DNA of 32,000 nucleotides from Haloquadratum walsbyi C23 (GTDB lineage: Archaea > Halobacteriota > Halobacteria > Halobacteriales > Haloferacaceae), in NCBI RefSeq assembly GCF_000237865.1, contig NC_017459.1:1680001-1712000 (forward strand). Direction: 5' to 3'. Positions 8,957-18,146 of this stretch are shown one piece after another. Made by a program: the position numbers and the translations under genes. The notes below the pieces were generated by a model, which was given only the letters and a program-made list of their open reading frames with translations, was not told the origin of the DNA and ran no database searches. The number at the start of each line of letters is the position of its first letter. Position 1 is the stretch's first letter.

Positions 8957-10195
8957 ATGAGCAAAGACTACGCTGATCTTCATGACCCAAATGCGGAGTA
9001 CACGATGCGAGAACTTTCCGCAGAGACAATGGGCGTAGCGGCATCGCGGGGGAGCAAACGAGATGTTGAGATTACCGATATTCAGACAACAATGATCGAT
9101 GGTAACTTCCCATGGACGCTTGTCCGTGTGTACACTGATGCTGGCATTACTGGAACCGGTGAGGCATACTGGGGCGCAGGCGTGCCAGAATTAATTGAGC
9201 GGATGACACCAATGATTATTGGGGAAAATCCACTTGATATTGACCGGTTATATGAACATCTGATACAGAAAATGTCAGGTGAAGGAACGATTGAGGGGGT
9301 TACCGTCACCGCAATCGCTGGAATTGAGGTTGCACTTCATGACCTTGCTGGAAAGATTCTACAGGTGCCAGCGTATCAGTTGCTTGGGGGGAAATACCGC
9401 GATGCGATGCGTGTCTACTGTGATTGTCATACCGAGGCCGAGGCTGACCCAGAAGCATGTGCAATCGAGGCAGAGCGAGTTGTTGAGGAACTTGGGTATG
9501 ATGCATTAAAATTTGATCTTGATGTCTCATCTGGATTGGAGAAAGACCGTGCAAACCGACATCTTCGACCAGGTGAAATCAGACATAAAGTCGATATTGT
9601 TGAGGCGGTCTCAGAACGTGTTAAAGACCGTGCTGATGTCGCTTTTGATTGTCATTGGACATTCTCCGGTGGATCTGCAAAGCGACTTGCGGACGCAATT
9701 GAGAAGTATGATGTGTGGTGGCTTGAGGATCCTGTACCTCCAGAAAATCTTGCGGTCCAAGAGTCTGTCACAGACTCAACAGTCACCCCGATTGCTGCTG
9801 GTGAAAACCGCTATCGTGTCACTGAACAGCGACGGCTTATTGAAGATCAAGCAGTCGACATTGTTGCTCCAGATCTCCCAAAGGTTGGGGGGATGCGAGA
9901 AACTCGAAAGATTGCAGATGTCGCGAATCAATATTACATTCCGGTCGCAATGCACAATGTCTCATCACCAATTGCAACGGTCGCAGCCACACATGTCGGT
10001 GCTGCGATTCCAAATGCACTTGCTGTCGAGTATCACTCATATGAGCTTGGCTGGTGGGAAGACCTTGTTGAGGAGTCTGTCATTGAGGATGGATATATCA
10101 CCGTCCCAGAAGCGCCTGGATTGGGTGTAACCCTTGATATGGACACTGTTGCAGCACACATGGTCGAGGGTGAGACATTGTTTGATGAGGTCTGA
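8957..10195 (+). CDS. Enolase-superfamily (mandelate racemase/muconate lactonizing enzyme) sugar-acid dehydratase, gluconate/xylonate/galactonate-dehydratase-like
   Basis: The ORF is open from 8912, and the ATG at 8957 (MSKDYADLH) is preferred. Capping domain: WTLVRVYTDAGITGTGEA. Barrel motifs: ALKFDLD, WWLEDP, AAGEN and AMHNVSSP. Substrate cannot be assigned from sequence alone. Confidence 0.8.
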   Translation: MSKDYADLHDPNAEYTMRELSAETMGVAASRGSKRDVEITDIQTTMIDGNFPWTLVRVYTDAGITGTGEAYWGAGVPELIERMTPMIIGENPLDIDRLYEHLIQKMSGEGTIEGVTVTAIAGIEVALHDLAGKILQVPAYQLLGGKYRDAMRVYCDCHTEAEADPEACAIEAERVVEELGYDALKFDLDVSSGLEKDRANRHLRPGEIRHKVDIVEAVSERVKDRADVAFDCHWTFSGGSAKRLADAIEKYDVWWLEDPVPPENLAVQESVTDSTVTPIAAGENRYRVTEQRRLIEDQAVDIVAPDLPKVGGMRETRKIADVANQYYIPVAMHNVSSPIATVAATHVGAAIPNALAVEYHSYELGWWEDLVEESVIEDGYITVPEAPGLGVTLDMDTVAAHMVEGETLFDEV

Positions 10196-10359
10196 TTCCG
10201 CACTCAATAATTATATAATCTGTGAGAATTACGTTTCAGTCGCAATCACTATCGGTATAAACTCGTTTTGACACAGTCTGTATTCAGATATCATATACGA
10301 CACGCCGGATTTTCTAATCTTGCTCTGGTTCTGGTTTTGTATTCCTTGTCGCATATCGA

Positions 10360-11094
10360 CTATGACATGCCTGCAAGTGCATCACGTGTGTCATCTGCTG
10401 CAAGTCGAATAGTATATGTTGCAACAGCTATTGCAGCATCCCAATCTGATTCGGTCGTGCATCGTGTTGTGAGAAGGTCAAGCCCGTCAGCAAGAACTTT
10501 TTCTGTCTCATCGAAGAGATCATAAAATAGCGTGACTGCTGGATTATGTTCTGTTTCGGGTATACTCTCATCATGGGAGGCATTGGCAGTTATATCTGAG
10601 TGAGACTCAAAATACGAGATAAGTCGTGAATGTGTCTGAAGGCTTGCAAGTGGACGACCAACCATTCCGGATGCAATTCGTTGTAATGTCGTTTCACGAC
10701 CGCGAAGATACGCATGCATTGGTCCTGGAGCCTCCTGAGTTTGTGCTTCAAGATTAGCATCATAATTGCCATTACCATTGCCACTGCCACTGCTACTACT
10801 GTAATTATTAGTGCTTACGATAGTGTCTATTGCTGCAGTAACGCGGTCATGATGCGTTCGTTCCTGTTCGACAACATTTTCGAATGCCGCTTTTGCATCA
10901 GCATCAGATTCAGTTTGAGTCCAGGTCTCAAACGTCACTGCTGCGGCGCGTTCGCTTGCCGCTGCAGCTTCGAGAAGCGCCTGTGCTGTCGGCTCACCGC
11001 CGGCTGCTGCACGGAGAAACTCATTTGAGTCAAGTTGACGGAGTGCACTCTCTGCTTCAGTCTCGATTTCGCGTTTGAGTGTTTGAGCGTTCAT
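10360..11094 (-). CDS. Rubrerythrin/ferritin-like family protein with low-complexity SSSSGSGNGNGN insert
   Basis: The ATG at 11094 (MNAQTLKREIETEAE) is preferred over 11118. The protein is helical and Ala-rich, with an ExxH-type element (VVEQERTHHDRV). It resembles haloarchaeal proteins annotated as rubrerythrin family. Confidence 0.55.
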   Translation of the reverse strand: MNAQTLKREIETEAESALRQLDSNEFLRAAAGGEPTAQALLEAAAASERAAAVTFETWTQTESDADAKAAFENVVEQERTHHDRVTAAIDTIVSTNNYSSSSGSGNGNGNYDANLEAQTQEAPGPMHAYLRGRETTLQRIASGMVGRPLASLQTHSRLISYFESHSDITANASHDESIPETEHNPAVTLFYDLFDETEKVLADGLDLLTTRCTTESDWDAAIAVATYTIRLAADDTRDALAGMS

Positions 11095-11367
11095 ATTCAG
11101 ACTAATAAACAGAATCACCTGAGAGTTACTCTCATATTTGATTGCGAAGACTAAGTGTTATTCAAACCGCCACATCCGATGTCGTTGCGTTTCATTTTCA
11201 TTTCTGATATGCGTTTCAGTCACTGCTCAATAACAGTCGTTGGCAATATGACCAATGTCTATATCCGAAGCTATGCTTAGTTCAGCTTGAACGTCCGATT
11301 ACGTATTCCGATTCGGATACAAAATCAAATTACCAACAACTGATAGGGGGGACAAAGCTAAGAAGGA

Positions 11368-11691
11368 TTAATCATCTGCAGCCATGTCCGACTGGGTGGC
11401 ATCCTGCTCAATGCTTGGCGGGTAGACACCCCGGCGGATTTTAAGATCAGATTGGGGGCGTGCCATACAGGTAAGTGCATAGTTATCTCGCTCAGTCTCA
11501 GTCAGTCCACGTGCTGCTGGCTGGACAACATCACCTTCAACAATCTCAGCAGAACATGCCAGACACATACCAACACGACAGGAGTACTCTTGTGCGATTC
11601 CTGCTTCAATGCAAGCTTTGAGTATTGTCTGCTTGTTTGATACTTCGATTGTCTCCCCAGTACCAAGAAACTCAACCGTATATTCCGTCAT
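11368..11691 (-). CDS. Plant-type [2Fe-2S] ferredoxin
   Basis: 107 aa from the ATG at 11691 (MTEYTVEFLGTGETIEV). Cys ligand pattern is C-x4-C-x2-C ... C (SCRVGMCLACSAEIVEG ... YALTCMARP). The upstream extension to 11796 is non-acidic and unlikely to be translated. Confidence 0.85.
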   Translation of the reverse strand: MTEYTVEFLGTGETIEVSNKQTILKACIEAGIAQEYSCRVGMCLACSAEIVEGDVVQPAARGLTETERDNYALTCMARPQSDLKIRRGVYPPSIEQDATQSDMAADD

Positions 11692-12012
11692 ATAGCTCAG
11701 TTTGACCGAGGGCAGCAAAACTCTTTGTGAACCGGGGTTGAGAACCGGTGGAATCATCAGTACTGGAAACGTATATAATCTGATATAACTCATCACACAA
11801 GCGGAAATCTGATGATCCGTGGGTAATGTCTGATGTTATACCGTTGCACAGTTGAAAAAATAACCGATAATAAAGAGCGAAGGGATCATATCTTTAATAC
11901 CCGAAAATACGCAGGTTCGCCGATGGTATATATTTCAATCAATCATAGCTGGGGAGTACCTGCGACATCAGCTATTTAGAGTTCTGTTCAATTCAGGATG
12001 TGACACAACGAG

Positions 12013-12435
12013 TTATCGAATGATCAAAAAGAAAAGCCATCGTGTGGCAGTCACCGCAATAGCACCAGTAATGAGCACAACAGCAACAAATGTAATCCCA
12101 GCTCCGCCATCAAACACTGGTGTAGCTCGAAGTCCAAGCCCGACAATCGAAGCGGGTATCCACGCACGAATAGCAAGTGGGATTGCAGCCTTTGCTGATT
12201 CTGCAGCACCAGCAGAGTATGCACCAATTAATGGACTAATAACCACCCATCCGATCAAAAACGGTAGTATCGTTAATCCCCACCCAATCGGGGCGGTTGA
12301 AAGATATTCAATCCCGTTGTGAAAGATGACACCAATGGTAAGAACTGCAGATATGCCTAGTATATCTCCAACTGCGAGTGGATACGCGCCAGCATCGATG
12401 CGTCGTGTGAGAAATGACTCCTCAGAATGTGCCAT
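12013..12435 (-). CDS. DUF3054-like small membrane protein (4 TM)
   Basis: 140 aa with four hydrophobic helices. The N-terminus AYPLAVGDILGISAVLTIGVIFHNG is typical of the family. The + ORF 12020..12322 is a shadow. Confidence 0.6.
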   Translation of the reverse strand: MAHSEESFLTRRIDAGAYPLAVGDILGISAVLTIGVIFHNGIEYLSTAPIGWGLTILPFLIGWVVISPLIGAYSAGAAESAKAAIPLAIRAWIPASIVGLGLRATPVFDGGAGITFVAVVLITGAIAVTATRWLFFLIIR

Positions 12436-12674
12436 ATAGCTACATATAACGGGTGGGTAATGGCTTTCCCGGATTTAGTATCTCAGTCTCAATCAGAGCT
12501 TCACCCGGTTATGCATATATAAAAACCAATCCACTGTAACCAGCAGTCCCGATCAGTGAATGACAAATATAAATAAATCGAATAGAGCACTATACTGGAA
12601 AATTCACTGGGACATGATATTGATATTTCGATTGACTTAGTGGATTAAGAGGTACTTAATTTCAGAAATATCAA

Positions 12675-13262
12675 CTATTTCATACGACCAACGATAACAT
12701 ACTCAAACCCCTCATCCACAAGATATGATTCTGTGTCGGGCGAATTCAATTCATCGCATAACTCAGCGGGAGTCCAGAATGTTGATGAGAATCCAATCCG
12801 GTGCTCAGCCCAAACGAGTGCCTGTCCAAGAGTGCTCGTTGGGTCAAATTCCTGAATAATTATAATCCCACCTGGGGCAACAACGCGAGTAAGTTCTGTA
12901 AGTGCACGTTCTGGAGTTGGAATATGATGAAGAGCGTCAACGATCACAGCAGCATCAACAGCATTGGTTGCGATTGGGAGATGTCTTCCATCGCCGGCAA
13001 CGACCGGATGTCCATCTGAGGCAGCATATGTTAGCATATGCATCGAGATATCCATAACCACTGTGTCGATTCCGAGGGTTCGCAATCCCGTAGCGGCTCG
13101 TCCGGTTCCACCACCAACATCAAGCACACATTCAATGGGTCGATTAGCAACGACAAATGCATCCCTGATTGAGTCCGTCGGCGCTGATGGCATTACGGTG
13201 GCATAAATCCGTGCGATGCGATCAAAGAATCTGACGTCACCGGGACCATATCGACCTGACAC
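12675..13262 (-). CDS. Class I SAM-dependent methyltransferase
   Basis: 195 aa with a GTG start. Motif I is VLDVGGGTGRA. The post-I acidic residue is in VVMDIS. Also contains AVDAAVIVDALHHIP and PGGIIIIQEF. Confidence 0.85.
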   Translation of the reverse strand: MSGRYGPGDVRFFDRIARIYATVMPSAPTDSIRDAFVVANRPIECVLDVGGGTGRAATGLRTLGIDTVVMDISMHMLTYAASDGHPVVAGDGRHLPIATNAVDAAVIVDALHHIPTPERALTELTRVVAPGGIIIIQEFDPTSTLGQALVWAEHRIGFSSTFWTPAELCDELNSPDTESYLVDEGFEYVIVGRMK

Positions 13263-13503
13263 ATTCTGATTGTGTGGATGCGGTACACATGTTTCTTCCT
13301 GTCACTATGAGCATGTGCAAGCTGTACCATAGTGAACTACCACACCCTACTCAGTCATCAAAGACGGCGTGCTTGAGAATAGGGTTTGTTGTTTCTACGA
13401 CATGCTTTCCACCAATGACATCGAAAGCGCCCGACGACGTGAAGATAGCAGCTCTCAATGTCATAATCGATATGTTCTTTCGAGTGAGTTACAATATAAT
13501 TCT

Positions 13504-14178
13504 ATGGAGTTCACCGTGCTTGGGTGGCCCCCAGAAGCACCGACACTCCGACTTGATTATCGATCCTTTGCATACGCAGGAAAATTTGTGTTATCATCAG
13601 TCGGAAAGGCAGTCCTCAGAACCGAGGACTCATCTGAGAGTTTCACATCGCCTGAGGCGCACGCGCATGTCGACGCGAATGAGTCAGATCGAGACCAGTC
13701 GATGCATGCAGAAACCAATACAAATCATCCTACTGAGTCGGACCCGTATGATCACTCGGTGCTTGCAGCGCTCTCATTTAGTGCTGACCGGACAGATGAC
13801 ACGACATTGTGTTATCGATATGTGAGCGTCCGGAGCGATAAACGTGGCAGCGGGCTTGGACCACGTCTGGCAGCATCACTCACTCCGCATGCTGTTAATC
13901 GAGGGTATGACCGCCTTCGAATCGCTGTCAATAATCCATTTGCATATGAGGCAATGTATCGCGCCGGATTTGCCTGGACAGGTCGCGAGACAGGAATTGC
14001 AGAATTAGTGCTTGAGCGACCTGCTGAGATCCCAGCAACAACGACATATGAACAGTATCAATCTGGGCTTACTGAATATCGCAAGCGCGATTACGATGAC
14101 CCAGAGTCGACGTTTCTAGCTAATCGACAGGAAACTGACCCACCAGCGTTGCATACTGCAGTTAACTCAACACAATAG
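13504..14178 (+). CDS. GNAT-like acetyltransferase-fold protein with acidic insert
   Basis: The ORF is open from 13369, and the ATG at 13504 (MEFTVLGWPPE) is preferred. The GNAT motif-A-like element is VRSDKRGSGLGPRLAASL, followed by RIAVNNPFAYEAMYRAGF. Confidence 0.55.
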   Translation: MEFTVLGWPPEAPTLRLDYRSFAYAGKFVLSSVGKAVLRTEDSSESFTSPEAHAHVDANESDRDQSMHAETNTNHPTESDPYDHSVLAALSFSADRTDDTTLCYRYVSVRSDKRGSGLGPRLAASLTPHAVNRGYDRLRIAVNNPFAYEAMYRAGFAWTGRETGIAELVLERPAEIPATTTYEQYQSGLTEYRKRDYDDPESTFLANRQETDPPALHTAVNSTQ

Positions 14179-14497
14179 CAGTTACAATCTCGCTGATGTT
14201 TTACAGATGGTTGGAGGTGAATGCCTCTGGATCAACTCCTGAGGCGGTTTATATCAGATCTGATTGACTTTTTATCAGTGACTATTTATGCACACCTGTC
14301 GTCTGAGTGACTTCCTGGGGTATATCCTGTTGTCGATATTCGGGCTTACTCTCATCAAATAAACCATTTCAGAATCAGACACGAGAACATTCGTCTTATG
14401 TCTAATCGATAGATTCAACAGTAACACTGGTGGGTGCACTTGAGCAGTACTCAAAACACCGACAGTGGTTAGTCTATGTCGGGTGATTGTATTATCA

Positions 14498-15478
14498 ATG
14501 GGAAATGCAGCGTTGCGGCAATTGGCGGCACTCGAGTCAGTCGCTTTCGATGATATTTCCGGGAGCGTCATCGCCGTTGACGCACACAACTGGTTATACC
14601 GGTATCTCACAACAACGGTGAAATTCACCAGCGATGCAGCATATACGACTGAATCGGGGGTTGAGGTAGCAAATTTGATTGGAGTTGTTCAGGGGCTTCC
14701 AAAATTCTTCGAGCATGATCTCACGCCAGTGTTTGTATTTGATGGTGGAGTGACTGAACTCAAAGACGAAGAAGTCCAAGAGCGTCGAGTCGCTCGCGAG
14801 GAAGCTGTTGAACTACAGGCAGCTGCTGAAGAACGGGGTGATGAACTCGCCGCATCTCGACTTGAAGCACGCACTCAACGACTCACAGAGACAATCCATG
14901 AGACAACGCGAGGATTATTGAATCGGCTTGACGTACCAATTATTGAAGCTCCTGCTGAAGGCGAAGCACAAGCAGCGGAAATGGCTATTCGAGGTGATGT
15001 TGATTATGTTGGCAGTGAGGATTATGATACTCTTTTATTTGGTGCACCGTACACCGTCCGACAGCTCACATCGAAAGGTGATCCTGAGCTGATGGATCTT
15101 CAAACAACACTCAAAAACCAGAATCTAACTCGAGAGCAATTAGTCGATGTGGCAATCCTGTGTGGAACCGATTTTAATGATGGTATCTCAGGGATTGGTC
15201 CTGCAACTGCGATATCAGCAATCAACGATCACGGCGATCTCTGGAGTGTTCTCGATGCCCGTGACGAGTTCATTCAGCATGCTGACCGTGTGCGGTCATT
15301 ATTCTTAGATCCACCGGTCACTAATGAATATACATTACATACAGCGATAAATCCAGATATGGACGCCGCACGCTCATATGTTGTTGATGACTGGGAAGTC
15401 CCGGCTGATGAAGTTGAACGTGGGTTTGAGCGAATTGAGACATCAGTTGTTCAAACTGGTCTCGATGAGTGGATTTGA
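14498..15478 (+). CDS. fen1: Flap endonuclease 1
   Basis: 326 aa from the ATG at 14498. Contains [10 protein letters not shown]...[13 protein letters not shown]...[12 protein letters not shown]...[15 protein letters not shown]...[14 protein letters not shown]...ILCGTDFN, covering the XPG-N and XPG-I motifs and the H3TH. Confidence 0.95.
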   Translation: MGNAALRQLAALESVAFDDISGSVIAVDAHNWLYRYLTTTVKFTSDAAYTTESGVEVANLIGVVQGLPKFFEHDLTPVFVFDGGVTELKDEEVQERRVAREEAVELQAAAEERGDELAASRLEARTQRLTETIHETTRGLLNRLDVPIIEAPAEGEAQAAEMAIRGDVDYVGSEDYDTLLFGAPYTVRQLTSKGDPELMDLQTTLKNQNLTREQLVDVAILCGTDFNDGISGIGPATAISAINDHGDLWSVLDARDEFIQHADRVRSLFLDPPVTNEYTLHTAINPDMDAARSYVVDDWEVPADEVERGFERIETSVVQTGLDEWI

Positions 15479-15895
15479 TACCCTGCTGCGTGCACTGATA
15501 GTGATTACTTCGAGTCTTACCACCGTGGCGATCCGTATCAATGACTTGAGTCGCTGAAACTGCACCTTCGGACACCGTCGATGAAGCTATTCGTCTTAAT
15601 TATCATGAAACCCCGACTCAAAGATTGCTTGAGAGTCACTGAAAGTAAAGACGATGTCTTGGATACTCGCCCTTACCGACTGGATACCTGCTGTCACGTA
15701 TCATCCGGCAGTAAACGCAACGATAACGCCAAGAACTAGTATCCCTATTAGTAACGCTGTTGCCCAGAACATGAATCGATCCGCGCCATTCACTAATTGC
15801 TTTATTTCTGCCAGTGGTTTCAATTTCGTGGGTATACATGGCGGGTTATTTTCCGTCAACATAACCCAAGGAGATAGCCAGATTGCATATATGAA

Positions 15896-17323
15896 TTAAA
15901 TCCGACTCAGCCCTGCATGTATTAATAATCCAACCGGAATAAACAGAAATGGACCAACCGCGATCGTGAACCCAATCGCAGTGAGTGGTGCTACCTTCTC
16001 AGAAAAATACATTCCGATAGGAACAACAAGAAATGAGAGTGCAAGTGCGGTTGCAGCGCCCATAACAGCCAAATCGCGATCAGGTCGGTCCGTCTGGCTA
16101 ACCGGAAGGTCAAGCGTCTCAACTGCTGTTTCAATGTTGCTCACTGGACCAAACTGTATGTCTCGATCAATCTTCTCAGCGGTAATATCGAGCGTGCCAG
16201 TATCAAGAAGACGGTCAGAAACCGCATTTTTAACCTCAAACTCGGCTGTATGCACCGGTGCAATCCACTGTGGAGCATCTAAGACGGTATCATATGCAAC
16301 AATCGAATCACCACGCCGTTGATACTCGATTGTTCCATACCGAAGATAAAAACTCAGCACTTGGGCACCGAAGACTGCAAGTGGAATTATCATCGCAACA
16401 CCGATGAGTAATGGGTCCCCGATGATGACAGCAACTGCAGGAACCACGAGTGAACCAACACCAAACCGATTGAAAAGTCCAAAAATAATTGTCCAGATTG
16501 ATCCTAAAAGCACCGCACGTCTGTCAGTGCTCACCCGTGCATTCACCTCTGCATCAGGGAGGGTCACCTCTGGTTGTGGTTCGATTTCATCCTCGTCGCT
16601 GCGGGACATCTCGAATACACGGCTGATCAGTTGATGAATGAAATCAGGCAACCCTGCGAGGATGGACGTTTCAGCATGCTCAGCATAAAATCGACGCACA
16701 GAGATGATGGTCTTCATAATAACAATAACGAAAACTAACCCCCCACCGGTTACACTGTCTCCAGCAGTACTGAGAATGCCAACAGAGAGAACGACTGCAG
16801 AAAACTGCGCTGGTGTTTGAACGATTGCTTGTGCAGAAACATCCGTATACTCATTTTCACCGATATACTCGGTCATAAATTCAAATACCTGCATACCAAC
16901 TAACGCCCCAATACTCAGAAGGATATCAACTGAAAATATAAACTCAGGATGCCCAAACCACAAATACAAGACACTTGGAGGAGCACCAACTGATATCCAG
17001 AATCCAAGTATTGTAAGCGCAAATGGAATATTTCGAGGGTAGATTGGTGGCCATCCGTGGAATAACTGGAATCCTCCTCGCTTTGCACGGAGTTCATGCA
17101 GCGGTTCCATTTTAGCCTGCAGCCCTGGCGATCCCTGTTCAGCGAAGAGTGATTTTGTGGCAGCGATGAGGACGGTCGTCACTGCCTCAATCCAATAAAT
17201 AAGTAAAATTGCCCGAAGATTCCACTCACCGGCAGCAATGCCAATCAACGGAATAAGATTCACAATAATCACACCGAAAGCGCCGAACACAATCGTTGAT
17301 ACTGAAATAAGTCGATTGCGCAT
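15896..17323 (-). CDS. Polytopic membrane protein: N-terminal DUF6498-like multi-TM block fused to a 2-TM plus bacterial-PH (bPH_2/YdbS-like) module and 2 C-terminal TMs
   Basis: 475 aa. N-terminus: ILLIYWIEAVTTVLIAATKSLF. Central acidic linker: SRSDEDEIEPQPE. The PH-like segment YLRYGTIEYQRRGDSIVAYDTVLDAPQWIAPVHTAEFEVKNAVSDRLLDTGTLDI follows two helices. Confidence 0.6.
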   Translation of the reverse strand: MRNRLISVSTIVFGAFGVIIVNLIPLIGIAAGEWNLRAILLIYWIEAVTTVLIAATKSLFAEQGSPGLQAKMEPLHELRAKRGGFQLFHGWPPIYPRNIPFALTILGFWISVGAPPSVLYLWFGHPEFIFSVDILLSIGALVGMQVFEFMTEYIGENEYTDVSAQAIVQTPAQFSAVVLSVGILSTAGDSVTGGGLVFVIVIMKTIISVRRFYAEHAETSILAGLPDFIHQLISRVFEMSRSDEDEIEPQPEVTLPDAEVNARVSTDRRAVLLGSIWTIIFGLFNRFGVGSLVVPAVAVIIGDPLLIGVAMIIPLAVFGAQVLSFYLRYGTIEYQRRGDSIVAYDTVLDAPQWIAPVHTAEFEVKNAVSDRLLDTGTLDITAEKIDRDIQFGPVSNIETAVETLDLPVSQTDRPDRDLAVMGAATALALSFLVVPIGMYFSEKVAPLTAIGFTIAVGPFLFIPVGLLIHAGLSRI

Positions 17324-17664
17324 ACAGATATGATTATTATTTTAATTGGCTCAAATATATTTAACCTCCCAGCTAACTCTCAAGAAGTGAAACACTGCTA
17401 GACGCTAAGTGGTGATATCAGGGGAGAAAGCTAAACTCAAATAGTAGCTAATAGAGAATATTGTTGGATTTATGCTTGAATTACGGAAAATTGAGGAGAA
17501 AGCCTTGCGATTTACTACGGGGAGGATGTCAAACCCTGAGAGATTCTGTCTGTGCACTCTCATGACGCAAGTCAATATCGCTGAAATAAAATAAATTTGA
17601 TATAATACTGTTCGGCTATAAGTAGCATAATACACATGTCATCTTCATGATTTCTCAAATATAC

Positions 17665-17677
17665 ATGGTCATCCATG
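17665..17677 (+). promoter_or_regulatory. 13-nt motif atggtcatccatg (copy 1), 60 nt upstream of the zinc-finger gene start
   Basis: An exact repeat lies at 18069-18081. It contains the dyad ATGG-N4-CCAT. Confidence 0.25.
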
Positions 17678-17737
17678 ATGAATACGCCATACATCTGACA
17701 AACACAAGTTACTGGAGATATTATACGTATATACGAG

Positions 17738-17959
17738 ATGAAAACGACGATAGCAGGCCGTGACCCTACGAGACGTCCGCAAATGTGTCATTGCTGTGGG
17801 GGCAAGACAATAAGCATCGTCTATACCGAGGGGGGAACCGATGCTGGTACGTTTGAAGAGCAGTGGCAGTGTAGTGAGTGTAATGCAAAAGGATGGATCA
17901 AAGGAAACGCCGGTGATGACCCAACACAATGGCAACACAAGGGTGCACTCTTCCGATAA
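17738..17959 (+). CDS. Small zinc-ribbon protein (CxxC ... CxxC)
   Basis: 73 aa. Contains CHCCGG ... N23 ... CSECNAKG. Composition is mildly acidic. It sits between two AT-rich spacers with TATA-like elements. Confidence 0.5.
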   Translation: MKTTIAGRDPTRRPQMCHCCGGKTISIVYTEGGTDAGTFEEQWQCSECNAKGWIKGNAGDDPTQWQHKGALFR

Positions 17960-18068
17960 GAGTCATATCAATATTATAACGACCATCTGACCATGTCCAG
18001 GGTTACGTTTGACCAGATGTAGATCGTTAGTCACGATGATATTGCTTATTATTATGCCATTTATTGCA

Positions 18069-18081
18069 ATGGTCATCCATG
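18069..18081 (+). promoter_or_regulatory. 13-nt motif atggtcatccatg (copy 2), 65 nt upstream of the DUF3179 gene start
   Basis: Exact repeat of 17665-17677. Confidence 0.25.
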
Positions 18082-18146
18082 TTGTGTATTGACGACACAC
18101 AGACGCCGGGGCATTAATCCGGTGCACATCATACAGGTCATAAAAC

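Noticed and set aside
11693-11715. tagctcagtttgaccgag, resembling the D-arm of a tRNA
   Set aside because: There is no acceptor stem, anticodon arm or GTTC(A/G)AATC T-loop nearby. The sequence overlaps the ferredoxin start region. No tRNA-like T-loop motif was found in any non-coding part of the window.
11810-11833. tgatga followed 14 nt later by ctga, resembling C and D-prime boxes of a C/D-box sRNA
   Set aside because: The spacing is off the usual 12 nt. I found no C-prime or D box partner downstream and no terminal stem.
15636-15839. 67-aa minus-strand ORF and the overlapping 81-aa plus-strand ORF (15654..15899)
   Set aside because: Their composition is basic and Cys/Arg/Trp-rich, atypical for this proteome. 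They have no motifs, and the two ORFs mutually overlap in a spacer.
17405-17635. 76-aa minus-strand ORF and a 40-aa plus-strand ORF (17472..17594) in the 414-bp spacer upstream of the zinc-finger gene. The 9-mer ggagaaagc is also repeated at 17423 and 17495.
   Set aside because: Both ORFs are non-acidic and have no recognisable motifs. 9-mer repeats are expected by chance. The spacer is left as non-coding.
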